From positions 3,680,001 through 3,744,000 of the forward strand of contig OY970325.1 in assembly GCA_963717145.1 (NCBI GenBank): DNA of 64,000 nt. Direction: 5' to 3'. This document shows, one piece after another, positions 1-9,235 of the stretch (position 1 is the first letter of the stretch; each line of letters opens with the position of its first letter). The notes beneath the pieces are model-generated. The model was given only the letters and a program-made list of their open reading frames with translations. It ran no database searches and was not told where the DNA came from. Source of the stretch: an uncultured Armatimonadetes bacterium (GTDB lineage Bacteria; Armatimonadota; UBA5829; DTJY01). The translations under genes were made by a program, and so were the position numbers.

Positions 1-890
1 ATCGCACCTACGAGACCTGGACACGCGTGTTCGGACCGCCGTACTACTCGTATGACTACGGTCCGGTGCATTTCATCATCCTGAACAACCAGTACTATGG
101 GCAGAAAGGCCCGCTCGTCGCCAAGCTCGACTTCACGCAGAGATCATGGCTCCGTCGCGACCTCGCCCTGGTACCCAAAGATCAGCTCATTGTGCTCATG
201 ATGCACATACCGATACATTGGATGGCCGACCGAGCGGATATCCTGGGCCTGCTCAGCGATCGCCCGAACACGTTTTCGCTCTCGGGACACACGCACACCC
301 TGTACCACGTCTTCTGCGGCGAGACTTACGGCTGGAAGGGGCCGCAGCCTCACCATCACCTGGTGAACGGGGCCGCGTGTGGGGCATGGTGGGCCGGCGC
401 GCCGGACGAGGTCGGACTCCCTCACGCCACCGGGGCCGATGGCACGCCCAACGGGTACTCGATCATCACCTTCGATGGGACGAAGTACTCCGTCCGCTAC
501 AAAGCCGCTCGAAAGCCGGCCGACTATCAGATGAACGTCTACGCGCCGAACGAGGTCCCGTCGGCAGACGCGGGAAAGACCAAGGTGCTTGCGAATATCT
601 TCCTGGGATCGGATCGCTCGAAGGTAGAGATGAGGCTCGGTGAGGGCCCGTGGGGCCCGATGACGAGAGTGTCCCAGCCCGATCCATTCGGTCTCCAGAC
701 CAAGCAGTTGGAGGCCAAGATCACCAAGCCGATCCCCTGGAGAGGGGCGGCGACGCCCGGAAACAGCTACCACATCTGGGAGGCGCTTCTGCCGGAGAAC
801 GCCCCGGTCGGCGCGCATCTGATCCAGATCCGCTCCACCGATATGTTCGGCCAGACCGACACCGGCCGGCGCATCATATACATCCGATAG
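1..890 (+). CDS. Calcineurin-like metallophosphoesterase, C-terminal part (5' end outside window)
   Basis: HIP and SGHTH metal motifs, GAWW..DGTPNGY C-terminal motif; frame appears open from the window start. Confidence 0.85.
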   Translation, partial: RTYETWTRVFGPPYYSYDYGPVHFIILNNQYYGQKGPLVAKLDFTQRSWLRRDLALVPKDQLIVLMMHIPIHWMADRADILGLLSDRPNTFSLSGHTHTLYHVFCGETYGWKGPQPHHHLVNGAACGAWWAGAPDEVGLPHATGADGTPNGYSIITFDGTKYSVRYKAARKPADYQMNVYAPNEVPSADAGKTKVLANIFLGSDRSKVEMRLGEGPWGPMTRVSQPDPFGLQTKQLEAKITKPIPWRGAATPGNSYHIWEALLPENAPVGAHLIQIRSTDMFGQTDTGRRIIYIR

Positions 891-903
891 GTACATGCCG
901 AAA

Positions 904-940
904 GCTGTTCGGGCCGGAGTTCAACTCCGGCCCGAACAGC
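904..940. repeat. Palindrome gctgttcgggccggagt-tca-actccggcccgaacagc; related copy at 16091-16118
   Basis: Perfect 17 bp arms between convergent genes; core cgggccggagt..actccggcccg recurs. Confidence 0.8.
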
Positions 941-967
941 ATTCTGCGGCGAGTTAAGCGTTACGGA

Positions 968-1321
968 TCAGTCTTCTCCACCGATCATCCCGAATATCTC
1001 GCCGAGCATCGATTTCTTCCGGGGCTTGCCCGTCCTGGAATCATACTCCTCTTTGCCGCGATGACCGTGATCGTCATGCTTGCGCTCGTCGCGATCCCTG
1101 TCGCGATCCCTGTCGTGCTCGTGACGATCTTCCTCACGGTGACCGCGCGGCTCCCGGCTCTCCTCGACGCGCGGTTCGGTAGCGTCTCCGGACGCGATCT
1201 CGATGATCTTGTCGAGTTCCCCCCGGTCGAGCCACACGCCCTTGCAGTCCGGGCAGATCTCGACCTCAATGTTGTGCTTGTTGACGGTTCTCAGTTGCGC
1301 ATCACAGACAGGGCAGTTCAT
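968..1321 (-). CDS. zf-TFIIB-type zinc-ribbon protein with His/Asp/Arg-rich linker
   Basis: MNCPVC...CPDCKGVWLDRGELDKII motif; GGAGG RBS. Confidence 0.85.
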   Translation of the reverse strand: MNCPVCDAQLRTVNKHNIEVEICPDCKGVWLDRGELDKIIEIASGDATEPRVEESREPRGHREEDRHEHDRDRDRDRDERKHDDHGHRGKEEYDSRTGKPRKKSMLGEIFGMIGGED

Positions 1322-1570
1322 GGTTCATGGTCCTCCTGATTCGGCTGATTTCGGAGAGTAACTCCGAGCCATTCCACATACTATACGTTCAGGCAACCCC
1401 TTTTCGTTCCACCGATATCGAATTACGGTGTTCCTAATCCGCTCACGGCACTGCTCATGGTCGGGGCAGTCCACAGACTCCTCTTCCGCACGCGGTAGTC
1501 CGTCCGGCGAATGGAACTGCACACAGCAGATCCGCTACCCTGGGTGACCGGAAGACCGGCTGACGGTCAT

Positions 1571-4141
1571 CTAGCGCACCGAAAGCAAAGCTTTGCCGCG
1601 ACGTGCTAAGACGAGTTTCGGCAGCTCAAACCAAGCCACACTCGCCAAGCCGACGCCCACGCAGACGATACCTTCGAGCGCGCTGAGTCTACTGAAGCGG
1701 AACACCTGACTCAGAGGTGGCACATAGAGCACCAGCGCGAGGAACACGAACGCGCCGCTGAGGACCCACAACAGGGCCTGATTCTTCGACCGCAGAGTGG
1801 CGATGATACTTCGAGACCACGAGGCATTGGTCAGTATGAGGGTAAGATTGGCCACTATCAGGGTGGCGAACGCCATGGCGCGAGATTCCTGTGTGCCTCA
1901 GTCCCGCATTCCGTCCCACGATGAATACTCCAAGGGACACGAGCAGGACGCTCAGTCCCTGAAGCAGACTCCAGACAACAGTCCGCCTGTCGAATATCGA
2001 TTCCTTTGGGTCTCGCGGGGGACGCTGCATGACGTTGGCCTCTCCCTCCTCCGCCTCGAACACGGTCGAGCAGGCCGGATCGATGATCAGCTCCATGAAC
2101 ACGATGTGTATCGGCATCAGGATCAGCGGCCAGCCCATCGCCACCGGGATCAGGGACAACCCGGCGATGGGAACATGCACGGCGAAGATATATGCCATCG
2201 CCTTTCTCAGATTGTCGAATATCCTGCGCCCCAGCCGGATCGCGGCGACTATGGATGAGAAGTCGTCATCGAGCAGGACCAGTCCGGAAGCCTCGCGGGC
2301 CACGTCGGTACCGCGTCCTCCCATCGCCACGCCGATATCCGAGGCCTTCAGCGCGGGCGCGTCGTTGACACCGTCACCGGTCATCGCGACGACCTCACCG
2401 TTCGCCTTGAGCGCCTGGACAAGCCGCAGCTTCTGTTCGGGACCACTCTGGCGAACACGTTGACGTCTGCGATGCGGCGGCGCAAGTCGGAATCGGTCAT
2501 CGCATTGAGCTCTTCACCGGTGATGATGCGCTCCGGAGACTTCAGACCGATCTGCGAGCGATGTTGCGCGCGGTGGCCGGATAGTCACCGGTGATCATGA
2601 CTACTCTGATGCCTGCCTCGTAGCACTCGGCGACCGCGCTCGGAACGGAGGGCACGGACCGGATCGACAAGCCCGACAAGCCCGAGGAACTCAAAGTCGA
2701 ACTCGTGCTGTTCGCCAGGCAGAGTATCGCCATTCGTGAAACTGTGCGCCTGCAACAGCGAGCACGCGCAGCCCGTTCTCCGCCATCGCTGTGATCTGCT
2801 CGGACAGAGCGGATTTCTGATCACTCGTCAAAGTGACAGAGATCGGCGATGGCCTCGGGCGCACCCTTCGCGGCTATGACGTAGTCACTTCCCGCGGTGG
2901 ATTTCCAGACGTGGGACATGGCCAGCAGTTCCTTCGACAGCGGATACTGCTGAACAAGTGCCCAGTCTCGGTGGATGTGTTCAGTCGCCGCCAGGTGTTC
3001 CTGTCCCAGCTTGTGAAATGCCTTCTCCATCGGGTCGAACGGGTCTCGCTGACTTGCCAGGATGCTGAACTCAAGGAGGGCGTGAAAGTCTTCAGGCAAC
3101 GGCTTACCATCGCCGTCGTTCAGGACAAGGTGTCTGTCGTGAGCATAGAGCTGTCCGACGCGACATTTGGTTCAGGGTCAGGGTTCCGGTCTTGTCGACG
3201 CACAGGACGGTTGCCGACCCCAGTATCTCGATGGCCGGCATGCGTCTGGCCAGCACCTGCTTCCGGGAGATTCTCCAAGCGCCCAGTGCCAGGAAGATGG
3301 TGAGTACGACCGGAAACTCCTCGGGCAGCATCGCCATAGCCAGAGCAACGCCGGCCAGAAAGCCGTGCAGCCAGTCACCTCTGGTGAGGCCGTATGCGAT
3401 GACGACTAAGGCGCTTAGCGAGCCACCAACAATCGCGAGGTTGCGCACCAGCTTGCTGGTCTGCTTCTGCAGCGCGGTCTTTTCTACCTCAATCGTCTGC
3501 AGAGACCGCCCGATCTTTCCGATCTCCGTGTTGATACCGGTCCTTCGGACCTCTATGAGCGCCTGTCCCTGCACAACCAGTGTGCCGGAGAATACGAACG
3601 GCTCGTCGTCCCCGCCAGGACGCTGGCTGTCAGCGCTGCCGTCCCATTCGCACTTTCGCACCGGCACGGACTCTCCGGTGAGCAGCGACTCATCGACAGA
3701 AAGGTTGGTTGACGAGAGCACGACTCCATCGGCCGGAACTCGATCTCCTTCAGCGATGATCACGGCATCGCCGCGCACGACCTCTCGGCCCGGAATGCGT
3801 TTCTCCTCGCCGCCGCGTATCACGCGTGCCCGTGGACTGGACAGGTTCCGCAGCGCCTGGAGAGCATTCTCCGTCTTGCGTTCCTGGTGAAGCGTGATGC
3901 CTATCACCACGAACACAAAGCCCAGCAGCAGGAGGGCTTCCTGCAGATCACCCAGAAGAAGATAGATCACGCCGCCAGCTACCAGCAGGAGGAACATCGG
4001 CTCGCGTATCACTTCGGCCGCAATCGCGAAGATGCTGCGCGGCTTGGCCGACGGCAGTTCATTCGGGCCGTCGGTCTTCAGTATCCGATCTGCTTCGTCC
4101 TGAGATAAGCCGGTAACGCCTCTTATGTCAAAACCACTCAT
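1571..4141 (-). CDS. Cation-transporting P-type ATPase (P2-like), broken by multiple frameshifts
   Basis: TGES, PEEFP, DKTGT, KGAPE, MITGD and GDGVND motifs in order across ORFs 3104-4141, 2821-3099, 2585-2824, 2542-2733, 1689-2384 and 1571-1876. Confidence 0.9.
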
Positions 4142-4373
4142 TCTCTACAATACCCTCCGCCAACTACGGTCTTGCGAACCAGGCACTGCGGTCACACGCG
4201 CTCGGTGACGCTCAAGCGCAAATCGGGCGATGTGCACCTCTGAGAAGGGTGCACATTGTCCCGTCAGCCTTTCGTTCGCCTTGAGCAACACCAGGATGGT
4301 GTTGGAGACCGCTGACGGCAGCGCCACGCCTGTTTTCCGCCTCTGTTGATCCACGTGCTACCCCCTATAACGT

Positions 4374-4410
4374 GAAAAGCCCCACGGGACTTTAGCAGTC
4401 CCGCAGGGCT
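4374..4410 (-). terminator. Intrinsic terminator forming the riboswitch expression platform
   Basis: Minus strand agccctgcgggac-tgctaaa-gtcccgtggggct followed by tttc; left arm overlaps the aptamer P1 3' strand. Confidence 0.7.
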
Positions 4411-4486
4411 CAGATAATCCTGCTGCCCGAACCTAAGCATTCGGGCCCAGCCGCGCTCCACGATTCCCGGAGCCGCCTGTTCTAAG
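4409..4486 (-). ncRNA. NiCo (czcD) metal-sensing riboswitch candidate
   Basis: Minus strand cttaga-aCAGGCg-[gctcc/ggagc]-GCGGCTGGGC-[ccgaa/ttcgg]-GCAGCAG-..tctgag resembles the NiCo four-way-junction consensus; sits upstream of a metal ATPase. Confidence 0.75.
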
Positions 4487-4489
4487 CGG

Positions 4490-4518
4490 AGTATACCCGA
4501 CACAGATCGGCTTGTCAA
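4490..4518 (-). promoter_or_regulatory. Sigma70 promoter for the riboswitch-ATPase transcript
   Basis: TTGACA-17 bp-TATACT immediately before the aptamer. Confidence 0.8.
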
Positions 4519-4533
4519 GAGCGCGACGGGAGA

Positions 4534-4710
4534 TCACTCCGATTGGCTCTCATCGTCGCTGTCCGGAGTCCGGTGCTTCATGCGCTTGGCCACAGCGTCT
4601 CTGAGCAGGTACTCCATCTCGGCATTGACGCTCCTCAGATCCGCCGAAGCCAGGCGCTGGATGTCTTCCCAGAGATCGATGCTGATCCGCAGGGGGAAAG
4701 CTTTCTTCAC
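4534..4710 (-). CDS. Arc-like ribbon-helix-helix DNA-binding protein, 58 aa (not in ORF track)
   Basis: VKKAFPLRISIDLWEDIQRLASADLRSVNAEMEYLLRDAV...; GAGG RBS; typical position after an SPFH gene. Confidence 0.85.
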   Translation of the reverse strand: MKKAFPLRISIDLWEDIQRLASADLRSVNAEMEYLLRDAVAKRMKHRTPDSDDESQSE

Positions 4711-4737
4711 TATGCTACCTCAACAACCGCCCACCCC

Positions 4738-4802
4738 GTAGTGGCCGTGCCTCCGTGCCGGCCAAAGCATGTTGGAGGCCGGCACGGAGGCACGGCCACT
4801 AC
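4738..4802. repeat. GTAG-type REP doublet (REPIN-like), family A copy 1
   Basis: 26 bp arm gtagtggccgtgcctccgtgccggcc, 13 bp spacer, inverted arm. Confidence 0.9.
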
Positions 4803-4812
4803 AGGGATGCCC

Positions 4813-5658
4813 CTACTGGTAAAGCGTTCCGGCGTTGACGACGGGTTGAGCCGCATGCTCGCTGCACAGGACGACGAGCAGATTCGAGACCATCGCGGCC
4901 TTGCGCTCATCATCGAGAGGGAGCTTCTTGTACTCCTCCAGCCGGTCGAGCGCCATCTCCACCATGCCGACCGCGCCTTCGACGATCTTCTGACGCGCGG
5001 CGATGATCGCGGATGCCTGCTGCCTGCGGAGCATCGCGCCGGCGATCTCGGGCGCATAGGCCAGATGTGAGAGCCGCGCCTCCATGACCTCGACGCCCGC
5101 TCGTGCGAGCCGGTCCTGGAGTTCCGCCTGGAGGGCAGCGCTGACATCATCCGTGTTCTTTCGCAGAGACGCGTGCTCGTCCTCGGCGTCATAGGGATAG
5201 AGAGATGCCAGGTGCCGGACCGCCGTCTCGCTCTGCAGGTTGACGTACTGAATGTAGTTGTCAACCTCGAAGGACGCCTCGAAGGTATCCCGCACCCTCC
5301 ACACGACGATCGCCGCGATCTCGACCGGATTGCCGGCAAGATCGTTGACCTTCAGCTTCTCGCCGTTCAGCGACCTGATGCGCAGGGACACTTTGCGCTT
5401 GGAATAGAGCGGGTTGGTCCACTTGAACCCACTTTCCTTGATCGTGCCCCGATAGCTTCCGGCCAGGAGCATCACACTGCTTCCGTTCGGCTCGACAACC
5501 ACCCATCCGCTTGGGATGAGACTGACCGCGATTATCAGGATCACGCCGAGCACGATGCTCTCAACAGAAAGCGCCCAGATTGCCGCTCCCAGCAGAGCGA
5601 TGAACAGCACCAGCATCGGCCACCCGGACATCGGCTTGACTTCGACTTCATGCGACAT
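4813..5658 (-). CDS. SPFH/band 7 domain membrane protein
   Basis: Two N-terminal TM helices, LKVND..GNPVEIAA, LAYAPEIAGAMLRRQQA, VNAGTLY end. Confidence 0.92.
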   Translation of the reverse strand: MSHEVEVKPMSGWPMLVLFIALLGAAIWALSVESIVLGVILIIAVSLIPSGWVVVEPNGSSVMLLAGSYRGTIKESGFKWTNPLYSKRKVSLRIRSLNGEKLKVNDLAGNPVEIAAIVVWRVRDTFEASFEVDNYIQYVNLQSETAVRHLASLYPYDAEDEHASLRKNTDDVSAALQAELQDRLARAGVEVMEARLSHLAYAPEIAGAMLRRQQASAIIAARQKIVEGAVGMVEMALDRLEEYKKLPLDDERKAAMVSNLLVVLCSEHAAQPVVNAGTLYQ

Positions 5659-5673
5659 GGCGCACAACCTCCT

Positions 5674-5723
5674 TGATATTAGGATGATATCGGCATGATA
5701 TCACTTTTCGTCGCACCTGTCAA
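5674..5723 (-). promoter_or_regulatory. Sigma70 promoter overlapped by three TGATAT repeats (probable Arc operator)
   Basis: TTGACA-17-TATCAT; tgatat at 5674, 5685 and 5696 (11 bp period). Confidence 0.7.
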
Positions 5724-5871
5724 CAACTTCTTGTGAAAGAATGCGGAATGAACCGCCAAGTCGCCAGGATCGCCAAGGGGAACAGCAAAAGGGAGGGCAC
5801 ACAGGCCCTCCCCCACATATCCGTTTCTGCTTGGCGTCCTCTGCGTCTTGGCGGTTCATTCCGCATTCGGG

Positions 5872-7785
5872 CTAGTGAATGATGGTCACTTCCCGGGCCC
5901 GGACCTGCCGGTAGAGCGAAGTGTCGGGGACGGCGCCCTTGAAGCAGGATGCGATCCCCGTGACCTTGACATACTTGCCCACAGGATTCTCTCCCTGCTG
6001 AACCGGAACAGCTCCCAGTACCTTGATCCCAACGTAGGCCGAGTTGTCCCTGCACCCAGAGCCATCATCGATGTAGAAGTATGTGCCGGCGCTGTAGGTC
6101 ACCTTGCCGAACGTGGTGATCAGCAAGCCAACGTTATTCATGCCAGGGCACTCCAACAACTGCAAGGAGCCGCCGGCTGTCACCCGGCGGTATTCCGCTA
6201 TGCCTTTCTGTCCGGCCCCCGAGCCTGAGTCATAGAACCAGTCTCCTCCACCGATCGCCTTGTTGGAGAGGGCTATCGGCTCGATGGTCCCGCCGCCGCT
6301 TGGGGTCACGACGGTCGCAAGGATGTACTTCTCGCCGGTCGCTGAGGTGCGCGCGGTTCCGGTGGCGGTCATACGCTGCCCCAAGCTCATCCCGTGGGCA
6401 GTCTTGCTGACAAGCATACCGGATGACCGGTCATCCGATTCAACATAGAACTGGCCGGTGGAGACCACGTACGTAACAATGCAGTCTATGACCGTGCTCG
6501 CGAGGTTGGCCCCCCGCTTGGCAGAGGAAGTGTTCCCCAAAACCGTGTATCCGTTCGCCAGCATGCCACACAAACCGGTCGCATCCATGATGGCCACATT
6601 CCAGAGGCCGCCCCCTGCATTGGTCAGGTCCAATGTGCAGTCGATCTCCGCTGGGTTTATGTAAGTAGAGTTGGACATAATGTCGCTCTGCCCTTGCTTG
6701 GTCAATCTGACCGTTAGTCCGGGGAAGAAGTTCTGTCCCAGGATTTGGAGGCTGCTTGTGGTATTGACTTTGCCGGAATTCGGCGTCACGCTGGTGATCT
6801 TCGGCCCGATATCTGCGCTGGCGACACGGAATCCCAAGGGTCCGTTAGTACCGGCGGGGTACGAATAGTTCCGATGGGACGCACGCTGTGTGAGGCCAAC
6901 GTCGGTGTCGCAGGGCATGGTCCAATTACCGCCGCTATAGCCGCGCTTAGCGGAAATGGAATCCTGATAAGGGATGGCTTCGTTCCATTCCCCAACGTTG
7001 CCGCCCTGATCGAATGTGCCATAGGGGCTTGGCGAGTTCCGGAACTGGCCGACAACAGTGCTGAACTTGCCGTTGTCTATGGGATATGTCCCTGTTGCGC
7101 TGTAGTCGTAGTGGTTGGCGTTATTGCCGTTGGGATCGTTCAAATCACGGCCTGGTATCACGTCGCTGCTGGTGGGATAGTCATAGTACCCGGCGTTCGT
7201 TCCATGGCCCTTGTAGTAAGCCGCCTTGTACCATTCGTTCTCGCTGGGGATGAACCATTTTGCCCCAGGCTTCCGCACGATGGATTGGCCAAAGGTGCCA
7301 TTATAGCCATTGATTGCGTAAGCCCCGTCTTCAGTCGTGGAGGCACCTTGGGGCCCTGTAGGCTGGCCGTTATGAAGCCAGTTGGCGAATCGGCATGCAT
7401 TCCAGAAGCTCACGCAATTGACAGGCCTGTTTGCATAATCCGCCGCCACGCTGTAGCTGTAACTGCCGGAGCTCCCGGAACGCTGAATCTTGGGGCTCCA
7501 TTCGTAGTCCCACATGCTCGTATTGTACAGCCCGTAGGTGTCGTCGGCAGCGACCGCGTTCAGGAAGGCGGTGTACTGGGCAGCGGTGACTTCGTACTTG
7601 CCGATGTTGTAGGTATAGCCCACCGAGCCGTAGCCGGTCGTGCCGTCCTGCATGACTTCGGTGTCCGCCTGATTGCCCGCATCGCCAACTCGAACGGTCT
7701 CGATGCTGATAGTCGCCTGAGCCAGCCCGCCGAGGCAGAGCAGTACGAGCGCCAGGAGCAGTCCAAGGTTCTTTCTCAATACCAT
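5872..7785 (-). CDS. Secreted FGE-sulfatase (SUMF1)-like domain protein with IPT/TIG and C-terminal beta-rich modules
   Basis: Signal peptide; IGKYEVT..QY, PSENEWYKAAY, GTFDQGGNVGEW, GFRVA. Confidence 0.85.
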   Translation of the reverse strand: MVLRKNLGLLLALVLLCLGGLAQATISIETVRVGDAGNQADTEVMQDGTTGYGSVGYTYNIGKYEVTAAQYTAFLNAVAADDTYGLYNTSMWDYEWSPKIQRSGSSGSYSYSVAADYANRPVNCVSFWNACRFANWLHNGQPTGPQGASTTEDGAYAINGYNGTFGQSIVRKPGAKWFIPSENEWYKAAYYKGHGTNAGYYDYPTSSDVIPGRDLNDPNGNNANHYDYSATGTYPIDNGKFSTVVGQFRNSPSPYGTFDQGGNVGEWNEAIPYQDSISAKRGYSGGNWTMPCDTDVGLTQRASHRNYSYPAGTNGPLGFRVASADIGPKITSVTPNSGKVNTTSSLQILGQNFFPGLTVRLTKQGQSDIMSNSTYINPAEIDCTLDLTNAGGGLWNVAIMDATGLCGMLANGYTVLGNTSSAKRGANLASTVIDCIVTYVVSTGQFYVESDDRSSGMLVSKTAHGMSLGQRMTATGTARTSATGEKYILATVVTPSGGGTIEPIALSNKAIGGGDWFYDSGSGAGQKGIAEYRRVTAGGSLQLLECPGMNNVGLLITTFGKVTYSAGTYFYIDDGSGCRDNSAYVGIKVLGAVPVQQGENPVGKYVKVTGIASCFKGAVPDTSLYRQVRAREVTIIH

Positions 7786-7786
7786 G

Positions 7787-9019
7787 TTAATCCCCTCTCA
7801 GTCGGTATGTGATATCGCACCCAAATCTCTGGCCGGCAGCCAGAAGCTGCCGCCAGACCAGGGTGGTTGTCGGGGGGTTTTTCCTGATGTCATCGGCCTG
7901 GGGCTCTGCTGATCGCAGTTCGGCGTTCAGCGGCAGGCGGATGGCAAGTGCAAAAGCGGAATCGTCGTCGTAGCTGGTCAGTTGTTGCCAATGGAATTTC
8001 CAACTTCCATCATCCTGCCTGATTGCCGCGCGCTCTTCTGCCGGGCGGGTGACGAGCACTTTCTCCAGTCTCTCCCCCGGAGGCACCGGCGGCGAGAGCA
8101 CGGCAGAATAGCTGTACGTGTTCTGGTATCTCAGATCATCGTTATTGTCTTCCTGGGTGAACGCAAGCTCTTCGCCTCTTACACCCAGATACTCGAGAGT
8201 GTTGCCCTTGCTGCCACAGAAGAGGATCTGGCTAAGCGGCTCGTCGGATGTATTCACCTGACTGGAAAACGTATAGAGCAGCGGCCTTCCGTCGGTCTCC
8301 AGTTCGACTATCTGCATCAGGCTGATCTCTTCCTCCAGCGCGTCGAGGGCAGAGAGAGTCCTTCTCGTGCCATCAAGCCGGCTGCGGCATCTCGGGCACT
8401 TCCGCAGGTGACGCTCCATTGCCTCAGCCTCGTCGGGAGGCAGGCATTCATACAGGTAGTCAAGCATGCGGGTTGCATTGAGGTCTGCGCACGTCATCTC
8501 CATCACCTCCTCGGCGACGCCGATCGCCTTCTTCAGCCTGCCGATTGCCATGCTCACACGCCATTTGGCAGTGCCCTCGGCGCAGCCGGATTGGTCGGCG
8601 ATCTCGTTGTAGGTAAATCCGCAGTAGTGCTTCATCAAGAGGGCGGTCCTCAGATCGGGAGGAAGCTCGGCGATTGCCCTACGGATTTCCATCAGCTCCA
8701 CATGATCGGTCGTGCCGACCGACGAGTCCTGAACTCGATTCAGGTCCCCGGCCTGCTCCTCATCGCCGCCGATCTCGGAGTGCACGTAACGCAGACGCAT
8801 GTGGGAGAAAAGGAGGTTTCTCGCGATGGTGCAGAGCCAGGCCCGATCGTTCTCCCCCCGGCAGCCGGATATGTTGTTGAGCGCCTTGAGATACGTCTCC
8901 TGGAGCAGGTCGTCCGCCAGGTCAATATCTCGGGCAAGGCCGATCAGCATCCGCCTCACGTGCTGCCTGTTTGACGCCCAGATCCGCTCCAGGCGCTCTC
9001 GATCGTCTGTTGTCTGCAT
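7787..9019 (-). CDS. ECF sigma factor fused to a zinc-binding anti-sigma (ZAS) domain and a C-terminal domain
   Basis: ADDLLQETYLKA, AWLCTIARN, sigma4 YNEIA..GTAKWR, then HLRKCPRC. Confidence 0.85.
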   Translation of the reverse strand: MQTTDDRERLERIWASNRQHVRRMLIGLARDIDLADDLLQETYLKALNNISGCRGENDRAWLCTIARNLLFSHMRLRYVHSEIGGDEEQAGDLNRVQDSSVGTTDHVELMEIRRAIAELPPDLRTALLMKHYCGFTYNEIADQSGCAEGTAKWRVSMAIGRLKKAIGVAEEVMEMTCADLNATRMLDYLYECLPPDEAEAMERHLRKCPRCRSRLDGTRRTLSALDALEEEISLMQIVELETDGRPLLYTFSSQVNTSDEPLSQILFCGSKGNTLEYLGVRGEELAFTQEDNNDDLRYQNTYSYSAVLSPPVPPGERLEKVLVTRPAEERAAIRQDDGSWKFHWQQLTSYDDDSAFALAIRLPLNAELRSAEPQADDIRKNPPTTTLVWRQLLAAGQRFGCDITYRLRGD

Positions 9020-9235
9020 ATTCACCTGAGCCTGCTCCTCATAAGTATAGACGCTTTCATTGTTGGGAATGGTTGGTATGCCCAGACGCGCAATGGGGGA
9101 ACAGGATGAGTCCCGTTCCCCCATTGCGTCCCAGTATCCCGGCGGTTTCCAATCCGGCGGATTAGCAGTCATCCTGAACTTGATTCAGGATCGCCCCCCG
9201 ATTCCGCATTCCGCACTCGCAATTCCGCATTCGGA

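Noticed and set aside
1552-4318. agacc(g)gctgacgg on both sides of the ATPase as mobile-element ends
   Set aside because: Short imperfect match with no TSD or recombinase; plausible by chance.
4145-4354. 69 aa leader-peptide ORF
   Set aside because: No recognisable protein features, and it coincides with heavy base pairing; unsupported as a CDS.
4165-4370. yybP-ykoY Mn2+ riboswitch call
   Set aside because: Only the terminal words resemble it; the internal CGUCAAUAC-type motif and P1 pairing are not convincing. Kept as an unexplained structure.
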